Shown here piece after piece: positions 23,995 through 38,594 of a DNA stretch of 64,000 bases (positions within the stretch are counted from its first letter, which is position 1; the number at the start of each line of letters is the position of its first letter). Origin of the DNA: Octopus vulgaris (lineage: Eukaryota); the NCBI GenBank assembly GCA_951406725.2, contig OX597833.1, forward strand, positions 53,816,001-53,880,000. Reading direction: 5' to 3'. A program made the position numbers and the translations under genes. Under the pieces are notes generated by a model. It searched no databases, was not told the DNA's origin, and saw only the letters and a program-made list of their open reading frames with translations.

Positions 23995-24532
23995 ATTATC
24001 GTTATATGTGCAAGCATGGCTTGTGGTTAACAAGCTTGCTTTGCAACCAGGTGATTTCAGGTTTAGTTCCACTGCAAGGCATTTTGGACAAGTATCTTTG
24101 CTATAACCTTGGGCCAACCAATGCCTTATAAGGGAATGCAGTAGATGGAAACTGTGTGGAAGGCTACCATATATGGTGTATCATCATCATCATCATCATC
24201 GTTTAACATCTGTTTTCCATGCTGGCATGGGTTGAATGGTTCCATTGTCTGCTTCAGCACACTTTCTATGGTTAGGATGCCCTTCCTAGTGCCAACCACT
24301 TTACAGAATGTACTGGGTGCTTTTTACATGGTACCAGCACCGGTGCTTTTCATGTGGCACCATCACCACTGTATATGTGTGTGTGCACTTTTGTGCTTGT
24401 CTCCCTCACTGCTTGACAACCAGTGTCGGTTTGTTTACATCCCTATAATGTAGTGGCTTGGCAAAAGAGACCAATACAATAACTACCAGACTTGAAAAAA
24501 AAAGAAAGAAAGAATAAAAGAAATCAAGTAAT

Positions 24533-24932
24533 GCGCAGGAGTGGCTGTGTGGTAAGTAGCTTGTTTACCAACCACATGGTTCCGGGTTCAGTCCCACTGC
24601 GTGGCACCTTGGGCAAGTGTCTTCTACTATAGCCTCGGGCCGACCAAAGGCTTGTGAGTGGATTTGGTAGACGGAAACTGAAAGAAGCCTGTCGTATATA
24701 TGTATACGTATATATATGTGTGTGTTTGTGTGTGTCCCCCTAGCATTGCTTGACAACCGATGCTGGTGTGTTTATGTCCCCGTCACTTAGTGGTTCGACA
24801 AAAAGAGACCGATAGAATAAGTACTGGGCTCACAAAAAGAATAAGTCCCGGGGGTCGAGTCGCTCGATTAAAGGCGATGCTCCAGCATGGCCGCAGTCAA
24901 ATGACTGAAACAAGTAAAAAGAGTAAAAGAGT
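24533..24932 (+). mobile_element. SINE A (A1 tail) nested in an older diverged SINE A (~24005-25022)
   Basis: Near-consensus copy flanked by an agtaatgcg repeat. Confidence 0.85.
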
Positions 24933-25430
24933 AATGCGATAAGTTTGTTTGACTAAAACCCTTCCATGCAGTGCCCCAGCATGGTCGCAATCCTCTGACT
25001 GAAACGAGTGAAAGATAAAAGATTATTATTAAAGTGATGACATGATGACAGACCAGACATGGAAACAGGCTGCACTGAATAAAACGTTTGACTGTATTAA
25101 GTTGTCTGGCTGTAATGAGCCAGCTTCAGATCACCTCAGGGAGGTCCTTCAACACTTTATGGCCTCATCTAATTGCTTCTACTCATATCTACTTTGATCT
25201 GCAATGATGGTGTTGGTGGTGGTAGTGGAAATAGATTTCTTTTTACTAGACATCAACATAATTTTTATAGAGCGCTGGACACTGTTTTATTGAGTCAGTA
25301 TTGGTCTATTACGCAGGTTTATTTTTACCAACGGCGGATGAAGGAATGAAAGTCAGAGCAGAAAGGATACCAAAGGAAATATGTCAGTTAGCTCATTACT
25401 ATCTCAGACAAACTTATTGCATTAAAAATA

Positions 25431-25471
25431 ACTAGCACTATGACCCAGCGTTGCCGGGTCATAGTGCTAGT
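25431..25471. repeat. Perfect 16-bp hairpin resembling a Helentron/HINE terminus
   Basis: actagcactatgaccc-agcgttgcc-gggtcatagtgctagt. Confidence 0.55.
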
Positions 25472-25936
25472 GCATGCATATACAGCTGCGAGCTGGCAGA
25501 AACGTTAGCACGCCGGGCGAAATGCGTAGCCGTTTTTCGTCAGCCGTTACGTTCTGAGAACTAAAAAAAATGGGTAGACAAACCTTGTTTAATACTACTA
25601 TCATTAATTATTGAACTTCAATTGGTGACACTATGAGGTGCAGATGTCCAGTAGAAAGTTGATTTGATAGACAGAAACTGAAAGAAACCTGTCGTGTGTG
25701 CATGTGTTGTGTGTGTGTGTGTGTCCCACCATCATTTGACAACCAGTGTCGGGGTGCTTAAATCCCTGTAACTTAGCAGTTTGGCTAAAGAAACTGAATA
25801 GAATAAATATCAGGCTTATAAAAAAGTAAGGACGGGGGTTGATGCATTCGACCAAAAATTCTTCAAGGTGGTGCTCCAGCATGGCCACAGGCTAATGACT
25901 GAAACAAATAAATTATAAAAGATAAAAAATGATATG

Positions 25937-26013
25937 CAGAGTGTCCATAAAATACTTTTACAACTTCCACAATGTAGTGTATCAAATTGTGAAGATAATT
26001 TATGGACATTCTG
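25937..26013. mobile_element. 77-bp Tc1/mariner-type mini-MITE
   Basis: cagagtgtccataaa...tttatggacattctg, followed by TA. Confidence 0.6.
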
Positions 26014-26250
26014 TATATATTTTTTTTAAGGGTTAGCAGTGGGTGTCAGACATTTGTCAGCTTGAGACCTGCTGAATTAGGATATCAGCACATGGCCTGA
26101 ACTTTACACTGGACAGCAAATAGGTAACCCTGACATTCATGCTTTTTTCAAGGGCATTAGTGAAGGCAGAATGAAACCAGACTTTGGAATGTCATACACA
26201 AAGAATTGAAATCAGGTCATGGCTTTAACTGTTCAAGAACACATCATTCA

Positions 26251-26625
26251 TCATCATCATCATCATCGTTTAATGTCTGCTTTCCATGCTAGCATGGGTT
26301 GGACGATTTTGACTGAGGGCTGGCGAACCAGATGGCTGCACCAGGCTCCAATCTTGATTTGGCAGAGTTTCGACAGCTGGATGTCCTTCCTAATGCCAAC
26401 CACTCCGAGAGTTTGTCTCATAACAAAGGCAGTGAGCTGGCAGAATTGTTAGCACACCAGGAAAAATGCTTAGCGGCATTTTGTCCGTCTTTATGTTCTG
26501 GGTCCAAGTTCTACCGAAGTCAACTTTGCCTTTCATCCTTTCGGGGTCGATAAATTAAGTACCAGTTGCATACTGGGGTTGATGTAATCGCCTAGTCTCC
26601 TCCCCCAAAATGTCATGCCTTGTGG
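26251..26625. mobile_element. SINE tail E (minus, 26251-26412) followed by SINE B2 (plus, 26427-26625)
   Basis: Homology to other copies in the window. Confidence 0.75.
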
Positions 26626-27079
26626 ATTGTCTCGTAACCACAGAAACATTACAGCAACTATTAACAACTGGGAGCCCCTAAATGGTTGCTCAACCTGCTA
26701 AAAATAATAGTCAAATCTCCCTCAACTACTCCTAGATGTTAGATAAGATAACAGGGCCCCGGGTTCCCTGCATTTAGTAAAAAACATGGGGTGGTCTTGA
26801 CTGGCATACCTTTGGTCATAGATTTGTTCAATCAGGGCCAACCTTGGGTTAAACAACAATAACAAAAGCAAGAAATGGCATAAACAAAAATAACCATTCT
26901 GTAGACCTAGACACCAGGTATCATTGATCTGTTCCGAATAACATTGGAAATAATTTAAAAGAATGTTTTTGAAAACCAAACAACAATGATAGTTTAGGCT
27001 ACCGAAAAAGCAAAAGAAAAGAAAGAAAAAAGAGAGAAATTACAAAATAGAACAAACTAATGGACAAGTGAAGTGAATT

Positions 27080-27271
27080 TTATGTGTATGTGTATGTGTT
27101 TGTATATGTATGATAAAGTGTGCGTATACAGTATGTCCTTACAGATAATATTTGTAAGTGAATATATCAGTATGCAGACATATGCATACACACAAACACA
27201 CTATATATGTGTGTGTGTATATATATGTATATATGTGTGTGTATATTTATGTGTATTATACATACTCATGC

Positions 27272-27318
<47 letters not shown>

Positions 27319-27571
27319 TGTAAGTGTATATACGTATGTGTATGCAGGTGTGTATGTGTATATATATATACACACACATACATGTATATATATATGTATT
27401 TGTGAGTATATACAGACACACACATGTATGTGTATATATGTAAAGTATACGTGTATGTATATATATATATATATATATATGTATACATACATATACATAA
27501 ATACATATAAATATATGCATATATATGAATGCATTATATATACATACATATATATAAATACAATATATATG

Positions 27572-27603
<32 letters not shown>

Positions 27604-27701
27604 ACAACATATATAAATACATTATATATACATACATATATATACTTTGTATATACATACATATATATATATATACATGCATATATATTTACAAGCATAT
27701 G

Positions 27702-27737
<36 letters not shown>

Positions 27738-27800
27738 CACATATATACACACACATACACACATATATTTAATGATTTTATATGTAAAATACATATAACA
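27080..27800. repeat. Compound (TA)/(CA)/(TACA) microsatellite
   Basis: Read directly from the sequence. Confidence 0.95.
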
Positions 27801-28743
27801 GCATAGTTATTAAAATATATGCACACATACCCTCATCGGTGTTGATGTACGCATATGTGTGTGTGCATGTATGTGTGTGTGCCGGAGAACCGAATCTGAA
27901 CATGTCAGTTTGTAATTGCTCACAGTTGTATTGAGGAAGACAAAATTTTAAGAATACTTGAAATAGTGTAATCTAATTTGAAAAGTTTCAAAAAAAAAAA
28001 AAAGCAAAAAAAAAAAAGAAAATTAAAAACGAAAAAAAAAAGAAAAAAAAAAAAAAAGCCGCAACGAAACAAAGAGAGATCTTTTGATACACATGAATAT
28101 TCCAAGACTTGAGAGAGAGAGAGAGAAAGAGAGAGAAAGCCATCTTCTCCACCAACACCATTCCAGAAAGTATTACCTTCACCACCAACACTACCACCAA
28201 CACTACCACCCATCACTACCACCTTCAACAGAAAGCACCGCTACCACCACAAATAGCATCTATCTACACCAAAACTGCTTCCACCATTGTTCTTGTTTTC
28301 ATTATTATTATTATTATCATCATCATCATCATCGTATTCATCAAGAACAGTAACAGTGTAAACAACAACAAACCAAGCTAGCAGAAATCAAAGGTAGACA
28401 TCGGAAAGAGAGAGAAGACTATAATAACACAAGTCATCATCGCTCTGGTGGTGATGGCATGGCTGGTTGTTACTCGGAAAGTAAGCAAGTAAAGCGCAAA
28501 GGCAGGGGCTAGGCGAGGTGGAAGACGGTGGGGGAGAGAGAGAGAGAAAAAAAAGGAAAAAATAAAAAAATATCAAAATGAAAAGCTGCAAAGAAATGGA
28601 GACGTGGAAGCTGGAATTTGACAAAAAAAAAATCAAAAGAAATGATTGGAATAAACAACAGCAAAAACAACAAAAGAAGGCTATATCTATATAGTATTGA
28701 ATGATTCCAGTCCCAATACAAAGAAAAAACAAAAAAAAATCTT

Positions 28744-28868
28744 AATAAATAATAATAATAATAATGATAATGATAATAATAATGATAATAATAATAATGA
28801 TAATAATAATAATAATAATAATGATAATAATAATAATAATAATAATAATGATAATAATGATAATAATG

Positions 28869-28911
<43 letters not shown>

Positions 28912-28925
28912 TAATAATAATAATG

Positions 28926-28956
<31 letters not shown>

Positions 28957-29030
28957 TAATGATAATAATAATAATGACAATAATAATGATGATAATAATA
29001 ATAATAATAATAATAATGATAATAATAATA
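28744..29030. repeat. (AAT)n/(GAT) microsatellite
   Basis: Read directly from the sequence. Confidence 0.95.
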
Positions 29031-29928
29031 ACCATTCTTGTGGAAAGTGTATTTATGTATGTTTGTATAAAGTTAGACATGTATACTGAGAATCTTCTGG
29101 TTTAGATAAGCCCATTTTTTCCCCCTTTTTTTTTATTTATTATTTATTTTTTTTTTTTTTTTTTTTGCCTTTTTATCCCTTGAAGAAATTTCTCGAAAAT
29201 GTCTGCTTTTAAAACAATTGCGGAAGAAAGGTAAGGAAGAAGGGAAAAAACGGGGAAGGAACGGTGAAATGACAGAGAGGAAAAGACAAAAAAAAAAACC
29301 AAAAAAAAAATATCAAAAAAAGGGGAGCAGTAGACAAGATGGAATGCCACAAAGGCGGATGTATGGACTTGAAAAATGGGTATCTCTGTAATGGAGTTTT
29401 CTTAGGGGATTACAGAAATTTTTTTCAGAGCATACGAGATAGACAGGCTTCTCAGGAAACTTTACAAAGAAGACATAAGGGTTAAAAGACCTTGAAAAAA
29501 CCTTCTTTTATTGTTTCTGACTTTCCATTCATTTATTTAATTTATTCACTACCTCTTTTTGTTATTTATCTGCGGCTGACAACTAGAAATTACATTAATC
29601 CAACACCTTCACAAGGAGTTTTAATCTCACAAGGAAACACAGGGTCCTGCTTTTATTCATTTTTTTTTTTTAAACCTAAGTAAAGTGCAGGCATTGTCGT
29701 GTGAGGCCAAGGTGCTTGCTTTGCAACCATGAGGTTTTGGGTTTAGTCCCACTGCATGATACCTTGGCGTGGCTGTGTGGTAAGAAGCTTGCTTCTCAAC
29801 CACAATGTTCTAGATTCAGTCCCAATGCAGGACACCCTGGGTGAGTGCCTTTTACTGCAGCCTATAGCCTTGGGCTGACCAAAACCTTGCGAGTGGATCT
29901 GGTAAATGGAAACTAGAAGAAGCTTGTC

Positions 29929-29967
<39 letters not shown>

Positions 29968-29968
29968 G

Positions 29969-30159
29969 TCGCCATGATAGATCGTTAGCCACTACACACA
30001 CAATTTTTTTCTCTCCTTGTTTTTTCTGTGTCCCTTTCTGTAGAAGAGCGTAGGTTCGAAACGTAAAAGAGTTTTTCTATTCCTGAGCGTTATACTAATA
30101 CATCTGTTTGTTTTGTACACCACCTGTCTTCGTCTTTTGTTTTTTCGTAAACTCTCCCT
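29969..30159 (+). mobile_element. PH1 hammerhead-like element, copy 2, inside the microsatellite of a SINE A head (29768-29930)
   Basis: cttt-CTGTAGA-A-GAGC-gtag-GTTC-GAA-ACGT-A-aaag at 30034-30069. Confidence 0.7.
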
Positions 30160-30326
30160 ACATATACATATATATATATATATATGTTTGTGTGTCTTTG
30201 TGTCTGCTACAACATACCTCTGGTCAAAGGCATTCCAGCCATGATCATTACTTCTTATTTTCAAACATGGTACATCTCAGGCTTTATTTTAAATTAATCC
30301 CTCTTTAAGATGATAGCATGTGTTTG

Positions 30327-30660
30327 TGAAGGTGCATGGCTCAGTGGTTAGAGTATCAGGCTCACAATCATGTGGTGGTGAGTTCAATTCCCGGACCAGG
30401 CTGTGTGTTGTGTTCTTGAGCAAGACACTTTATTTCATGTTGCTCCAGTTCACTCATCTGTAGAAATGAGTTGCAATATCACTGATGCCAAGCGGTATCG
30501 GCCTTTGCCTTTCCTTTGGATAATATTGGTGGGATGCAGAGGGGAGGTTGGTATGCATGGATGGCTGCTGGTCTTCAATGAACAATCTTGCCCAGACTTG
30601 TGCCTTGGAGGAGAGCTTTCTAGGTGCAATCCCATGGTCATTCACGACCGAAGTAGGACT
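30327..30660 (+). mobile_element. SINE head D plus a different tail (T2)
   Basis: gaaggtgcatggctcagtggttagag...gagttcaattcccgg...ttgagcaagacactttatttc. Confidence 0.8.
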
Positions 30661-31462
30661 TTACATTACATGCGTTTTTCCGAGAGAGATTTTGTTGCTA
30701 TTTTCAGCAGGTTGGTTGACTATGCAACGATTCCACCATTGGTTTGAAACAGTACCAGTAATACACTGAGGTAATTTAATCAACCATACTCCTAACCAAT
30801 ATAAAACCCTAGCCTTTGCGCACATTCGGAATAAATCGATAATTAAGAAAGCGGCAAAGAACCAGACATCTAAGGAATCAAATTACTACAAGAATAAATG
30901 TGTGTGTGTGTGTGTGTGTGTGTGTGAGTGTGCATATGTATACATCATCATTTAACATCTGCTCTTCATCCAGGTATATATACATGCTCACACACACACA
31001 GAGAGCAAAGGAAATATAGATAATGTAGATATTAAGAAAATGCAAGGTGGTATTAATTGTCATGGCAGAAATAAGCTTCGTTTGTTGTTTCGTATACCAT
31101 TGAACTATTGTTATACTGCACCCCCTGCCCCCCCCTCGCAATCCGTGAGTGAGACAGGATTGTCCAAAGAATGAAGAGGATTAAGATTATACCTACAGAA
31201 ACTGCTAGTATGAACAAAGAAAAGGATAATCCCAGTACATAGATTTTTGACTGCTACATCACACAGCAGTTTGCTGTCGAATAAAAGAGAGGCCTTCGTA
31301 GAAGATGGCTGCGCGAGATATTCTAATGTAGAAACACAAGAACCGCCACATAGAATTTCCTGACAGGTGGATCAGACTGATTTTGAACAGATATAGCTGG
31401 TTCTAATAGCATTGATTTCATTTATAAGAATTCAAGAATCCCCTCTTGGCTCTATTAAGTGC

Positions 31463-31495
<33 letters not shown>

Positions 31496-31680
31496 TCACC
31501 AAATACTTTTTACCACTCTGAGCTAAGAAAACAGATTAACAACTATAATAAGATATATCATTAGGATGGAGTACCACAGATCCCGAGTTCAAATTCTGCC
31601 ATGGTTAACTTTGTCGTTTGTCCTTTTTCAGGGTTTGATAAAATTGAAGTGCTAGCCAATTGCTGAGGTTGATCTAATTT

Positions 31681-32175
31681 CATAATCATCATCATCGTTA
31701 TCACCATTTTCCATGCTGGCATGACTTGGACGGTTTGACAGAACTGGTAAGCCGGAGAGCTGCACCAGGTTCCAATCTGATTTGGCATGGTTTCTATGGC
31801 TGGATGCCCTTCTTAATGCCAACCACTCCAAGAGTGTAGTGGGTGCTTTTTATGTGCCACTGGCATATATGGCCATGACTACAATCTCACTTAGCTGGAC
31901 AGGTCTTCTTAAGCACAGTATATCCCCAAAGGTCTTGATGACCTGTCAAGAGTGTAGTGGGTGTTTTTTACATGCCACCGGCATGAGGGCCAGTCAGGCA
32001 GTACTGGCAACAACCACATTCAAATGATGCTTTTTGGCACAGAAGACAGTCTGGCAGTACTAGCAATGACCATGCTTGAATGGTGATTTTTACATGCCAC
32101 CAGCACGGGAGCCAGTCAGGTGGTACCAGCAACGGCCACATTGGTGCCTTTGGGTACATTTTATGTGGTACCAGA
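31681..32175 (-). mobile_element. SINE tail E with multiple internal subrepeats
   Basis: Repeated ggtgctttttacatgccacc-like units. Confidence 0.75.
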
Positions 32176-33267
32176 AATAATACAAACAATCTGGGCTAAT
32201 TTCCTTTCAAACAATAAGCTGTTGTTCTTGTTGAGGTTACAAATGAACTCTTACTGAGTACAAGAGCAAATTTACATTTAAAAGCATGCCACAAATGATC
32301 ATCTCATTTTTTCTCCAAGGGTACATTAATTTATCAAGACAGTAGGCTAAGATCTGAGTGTAATTTGGCTACTATTTCTGGCAAGTTAAGAGACCACATT
32401 GAAGCTTACTCTTTTACTTGTTTCATTGTCATTTGACTGCGGCCATGCTGGAGCACCGCCTTTAGTCGAGCAAATCGACCCCGGGACTTATTCTTTGTAA
32501 GCCCAGTACTTATTCTATCGGTCTCTTTTGCCGAACCGCAAAGTGCTTCCTCCTTTTTTTTTATTTTCAAAGATAACAGCACACAATGACCTGAGGGAGA
32601 TTTGGCTGCCATTTCTAGCAAGTTGGGAAACCACTAAGGAGCTTCTTTGACTCAACTCACATGAGGACCATTTTGACGATGGCTGTTACAGATGAACAGG
32701 AGCCATTTAAGTTAATCAACGAAGACAGAGAAGAATTTAATGGTAAATTTGCAGTAATTTATAGACAGGTTGCTAGTAAACTGATGTGATATATCTGATA
32801 AACACCCAATGAAGAATGTACTCTTAGCAAAAACTGCTAAAAGTACTGGAACTGATATTTGCCAGATCTGTGTTTTAATTATGTTTTGGTAAGTTGCGAT
32901 AGAATTTTGTGTAAGAAATAATCAATTAAACCTTCTATTAACTTCATATTGTGCGTTACTGAAACTGTTTTTAATTACACGTTCAATCAGTGAAACGCCA
33001 CTCCAGCCCAGCCCAGCCCAGCCCACCAATCATGATGGGTGTTATCTTAAATTATTAGAAAGAGTGAAGAAAAAGGAATTGGAAGAATATAACAAAAAAA
33101 AAAACATGACAGATCAATCGATAAATAGACAAAGAGATATGGAGAGAAGAAAGTGGAGGACGAGCATGTTCTTATTCATTTTATCTCTGTTACAATGACA
33201 CCTGAAGACAAATGGAAATGTAATTAGAAACAATGGTGATTCCTTTTAGGAAGGATGTCAACGTATG

Positions 33268-33704
33268 TAGGTGCAGGCATGGCTCTGTGGTTAAGGAGCT
33301 TGCTTTGCAGGCATGTGGTTTCAGGTTCAGCTCCACCGTATGACACCTTGGGCAAGGATTTTTTTTTTTTTGCTATAGACCTGGGTTGACCAAAGCCTTG
33401 TGAGTGAATTTGGTAGACTAAAACTATATGGAAGCTAAAACTAAAACTAATGGCGGCGAGCTGGCAGAAACGTTAGCACGCCGGGCGAAATGCGTGGCCG
33501 TATTTCGTCTGCCGTTACGTTCTGAGTTCAAATTCCGCCAAGGTCGACTTTGCCTTTCATCCTTTCGGGGTCGATAAATTAAGTACCAGTTACGCACTGG
33601 AGTCGATGTAATCGACTTAATCCGTTTGTCTGTCCTTGTTTGTCCTCTCTGTGTTTAGCCCCTTGTGGGCAGTAAAGAAATATAAAACTATATGGAAGCC
33701 CATC

Positions 33705-33747
<43 letters not shown>

Positions 33748-33970
33748 CGTGTGTATGTGTTTATATATAAGTCTATGTGAGTGCCATTCTCCTGCCACTA
33801 CTTGACAATTGGTGATGGTTTGTTTACAACTGTGCAACTTAGCAATTTGGCAAAAGACACTGACAGAATAAGTACCAAAAAATAAGTAGAGGTTATGTTA
33901 TTCGACTAAGCCCTTTGGGGTGGTGTGCTCCAGCATGGCTACAGACCAATGACTGAAACAAGTAAATAAT
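33268..33970 (+). mobile_element. Old SINE A with young SINE B1 (33452-33682) nested, 17-bp TSD
   Basis: taaaactatatggaagc at 33419-33435 and 33683-33699. Confidence 0.85.
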
Positions 33971-34257
33971 GACAGAAGATGAGGAAATAAGACTTTAATA
34001 TTAAATCCCAGGGTTTCATGATCTGCCACTCAAATCCCATTCGGCCTTCTAGTCTTCGCAGGCAGGCAGGGCTCATAAGCACCAAAACAACAAATCTATG
34101 ATGATCAATAAACAAAGTTCCTCTGATTCTGTGGAAACTAAGAAAAAAAACAAACAAAAAAAAACTACCTAGACCAAAAAGCATCACCTCTTTGTCAGAC
34201 AGATTGTAGTTGAGTTTATTTAAACTGAAGCTTGTCATCACTTTATCATCATCATCA

Positions 34258-34289
<32 letters not shown>

Positions 34290-35440
34290 GTTGTTGTTAT
34301 TATTATGTAGTTGTAGTAGTAGTATCATCATCAACTGGTAATTTTGCATCAAAAATAACAATAATCATAAAAATAGAAATTAAAATGCAAAGGAACAAAT
34401 TGAACCAGACACGATACCAAACAAAGAAAGAATTAATCTATAAAATCTATAAAAATATGGCGTTTTAAGCAATATTTCTGAAACAAACATTTATATAATT
34501 TTATGTGAAAATAGACAGAAAAGTCCTCAATCACCCACACAACAACCATTAGTTGTCTATATTAAGTTTGAGCTATATGTTTAGCGTTTAATGTCTGTCT
34601 ATTAAATTGATTTTTCTTTTCTAATCACAAGACTTATCATTAAAAAGTCAGTATGTTTAATAAATAATTTTATTCTTTTTTTTTATTTTTATTTTCGGTC
34701 GTCTATGTTTTAGCTTGAGTGTGACTCAACAGCAAAAAAAGGAAAGTGACTTTAGTGTGACTAAACATCTGATTGATGGACGACTTTGGGTTTTCGTGTC
34801 TGTCTGAACAGTTTGGAAACTCAAACTCAAAGTGACTTGCTCGTCAACAGATTCAGCGAGTATGACTAACCTAGCGAGCATACATTACATCGGAATGAAC
34901 AGGACCATAGCCAGTCTATTTTAAAGCGACTGAGAAATAATGACGAACCTACAGTCGGTACGCTAACTCAGACAGATGACCGTAGCAGTTAGTAAACTAA
35001 ATTCTGTGATAGAGGAGGAACCCTTTAACAAACTGTTAGCTGGATTCCCAGAGACAGAGGACTCGAGTTTAATGTTTGTTAGTTATATTACGAAACGGAA
35101 GGACGGAGATTGACATAAAGTTGGTTTTGGGGGCATTTATTACTCTCCTCTCCGTGGTAGGTAGAAAACGAATGAGATAAACAGTAATATGAAAATTTTT
35201 TAAACTCTCAGTGAACAGCTGAGGTGTGATGTCAATTTAGGCCATGATGAAACCAGCAAAAATGTCTGTTTGGAAATATTTCTTTGGTGAGGCTCAAGCC
35301 ATTTTTATAATAGAAAAGGAACATAGCTGGATGGACTGTAGTATGTTACTGGTGTTTAGTCACCATTTATTTGCGTGATTGTGATGAGGCAGATGGAAAC
35401 AGTGACAAGAAATGAGAAGTAGTGATGAGAATGCCTTTCT

Positions 35441-35983
35441 TTAACCTTTTAGCATTTAATCTGGCCCAAATATTCTACCTATTTTATGTTAAAATTGACC
35501 ATACCCAAACTCTCACACCTACCCTGCAATGTCATTCTAATAGGAGCACTCCATCAGTTATGACAACGAGGGCCCCAGCTGATACGATCAACGGAACAGC
35601 TTGCTCGTGAAATTAACGTGCAAGTGGCTGAGTACTCCACAGACATGTGCACCCTTAACGCAGTTTGCAAGGAGATTCAGTGTGACACAGAGTGTGACAA
35701 GGCTGGCTTTTTTGAAATATATGTACTACTCATTTTTGCCAGCTGAGTGGACTGGAGCAACGTGAAATAAAGTGCCTTGCCCAAGGACACAATGCGTTGC
35801 CAGGAATCGAACTCACAACCTTACGATCATGAGCCGAATACCCTAACCACTAAGCCACGTGCCCTCACACAATGTCATTCTAATAATACAAACACACCAT
35901 TGAAATCTTGAAGTGATAAGATAATATGCAATTAATTCAAAAGAATACGTTTGGCAAAGACATCTAAATGCTAAAAGAGTTAA
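35441..35983 (+). mobile_element. MITE F interrupted by SINE D+T1 (35543-35869, minus) with 16-bp TSD
   Basis: caatgtcattctaata at 35527-35542 and 35870-35885. Confidence 0.85.
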
Positions 35984-36314
35984 GGTGTTAACAATATCAG
36001 TAGACCCAACTGTAAACTAAAACCGACCTACAGAAGATTAACTTAATGCTTCTGAGGTTAATGATTTTTTTTATTTAATGGGTATGAGTTCCATGCTCCC
36101 CACCCATGCCTTTCTTTTTTTTTTTTTTTCTATTGGGAAATTTATGCATTCAACAGCAGTATATTTCTGGTGTTTATATTAAAAGAAACATTTGGCTAGA
36201 CTCAGCGAAAATAATTCTCTGCTATTTTGACAGTCAATATGATTTAGGTGAAGTAAGAGTGAAGAATTTTTGCCCTCATTCACATTAAAACCTTTATGAT
36301 AAGTAATTTTCAAA

Positions 36315-36620
36315 AAAGTGATGGCGAAATTAAGAACCAGACCTGTTATTTGATGTCTCTTACTTTTAGTGATACATCATCATCATCATTTAACGTCTGC
36401 TTTCCATGCTAGCATGGGTTGAACGATTTGACTGAGGTCTGGTGAACCAGATGGCTGCACCAGACTCCAATCTTATCTGGCAGAGTTTCAACAGCTGGAT
36501 GCCCTGCCTAACGCCAACCACTCCGAGAGTGTAGTGGGTGCTTTTACGTGCCATCAGCATGAGGGCCAGTTAGAGGGTACTGGCAATGGCCACGCTCAAA
36601 TGGTGCTTTTTATGTGCTAC
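36315..36620 (-). mobile_element. SINE tail E
   Basis: Homology to other copies. Confidence 0.8.
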
Positions 36621-36908
36621 ATCAAACTCTTTTATAAATTTTCATTACAATTGCCACTGGAGGAGAATGAAGGGATCTTTATGTGATGACTTGGCCAGCT
36701 AGAAATAGCAATCAAATCTCCTTCAAATTACATCATACCATTTTTACGCAAATAAAGGATACATTAGACAATACAGTCACATACTCCTATAAAGATTGGT
36801 GAATATGGCTAGACTTCTGGTCACCGGTCAGCTTAAACAGGATTAAAACAACGACAACAACTACATCATAAAGTCTCACAATCTGCTGCATGGTCAATCA
36901 ACCTACTT

Positions 36909-37214
36909 TTGTTTGTTACTTCTTGAGCCGTGCCTGGCTCATAAGGGCCGGTTTCCCAGTTTCCTTGGCATATAGGTTCCTCACCTGGATGGGACGCCGG
37001 TCCGTCGCAAGTGAGCTGCAAGATGCAGGAGGAAAGAGTGAGAGAAAGTTGTGGCGAAAGAGTCAGCAGAAGTTTCGCCATTACCTTCTGCCGGATCCGC
37101 GTGGAGTTTAGGTGTTTCCGCTTATAAACACACACACCACCCGGTCTGAGATTCAAACCCGCGATCTGTCGACTGCGAGTCCGCTGCTCTAACCACTAGG
37201 CCATGTGCCTCCAC
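36909..37214 (-). mobile_element. SINE head C plus V-like tail
   Basis: Homologous to 3712-3991. Confidence 0.85.
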
Positions 37215-37601
37215 AACCAACCTACAAGAAACAACAGTCAAACATCTCTCAAAACTCACATCCTGTCTCAGAAATGAAGGAAGCATTGGATAATGTGTTC
37301 TTGGAGTGGGGGAATGGCAGAAGCAAGATGAAATATGGTCTACCATAATTATAAATATTGTCACTGATAACAGCAACTCCACCACAACTAGTACTAATAC
37401 CTACTACTACAACATACCAATTCAGTAATCTATAAATAAATATTTATAGACTTAGACAAACAGCAGTGTGCAGCAATAAATTTCTCTCAAAGAAATATAT
37501 TTGCTGCCTAACTTCAATGGCCTTTACTTTCTGCACTTTTATCCAGGAATATTACAACGTCCTATAGGGCTAAGGTTAATTGCTTAATTAACAAAGAACA
37601 T

Positions 37602-37661
<60 letters not shown>

Positions 37662-38594
37662 GCGCACACACACATATATATATACATATATATATATACA
37701 CATATATATATATACACAAACACACACACACACACAGATATACACATATATATACATACATACACACATAAATTCATATGTGTGTGTGTGTGTATTGCTG
37801 ATCCTGGGTGTTTAGTAATCTCCCTTACACTACTTTTTTGCGCAGGGTATGTAACTCTGTTTACCTCAGCCTGCTGAGCTGACAAACAGATGTCATATCT
37901 CTTTCACAGTCGAGTGGTTAACAGTAGGAAGAGACACCAAACTAAAAAGAAAAAAATTACATTAACAAAATGAAAATGCCCAAATTTACCAAAACCCTAC
38001 TAGAATGTTAGGGTAAAAGAAAAAAAAGGTAGGGCAATCCTTTGATAAGATACTGAGCCCAAAGCCTACTGAAGTCCTTCAACAAGTAAAGGAAAAACAA
38101 AGTTGTTCTCTTGATACATCTGATACGTCTTAAGGAATGTCTATGAGTATTAACCAACTGACAGCTACTGTGTATGAGTGAGTGAGAGTGTGGCTGTATG
38201 AGTGTTTGTATAAGAGAGAGAGATAGAGAGAGATATGGTAGATGTTACTTGCACCTCCTCAACAAAGTTTTGATCAACACCAAACCATATAAGGGCACGA
38301 CACCTGACTTTTTAACCTAAGACTTCACCTGTCACTTTCCACAAATGTTAACCTGCAAAAAACTCAACGGCAGCCAAACTTTTGTAACACTAACTCCGTC
38401 CAGTTATCACTCATGTTTCACTCCAGAAGGACCTAATAAGACTATCACTGTCTATCTGATTCTCTCTCTCTCTCTCTCTCCCCCCAGACTGAGTAAGACT
38501 TCTTAATCATTATTAACAACATCACCTTTTGAGTTCATTTCCCATACTTAAACTTATTGGGCAGGTAGGTTCTTTGATATCATTTCTTAACATG

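Noticed and set aside
27073-29105. Long ORFs rich in Y/I/C/V/H/T or poly-N/I/L (also at 22725, 40605, 47635, 51554 and 60458)
   Set aside because: They are translations of microsatellites that lack stop codons.
32662-32790. Short plus-strand ORF/exon-like segment (MRTILTMAVTDEQEPFKLINEDREEFNGK...)
   Set aside because: About 42 codons, compatible with chance; no partner exons could be linked.
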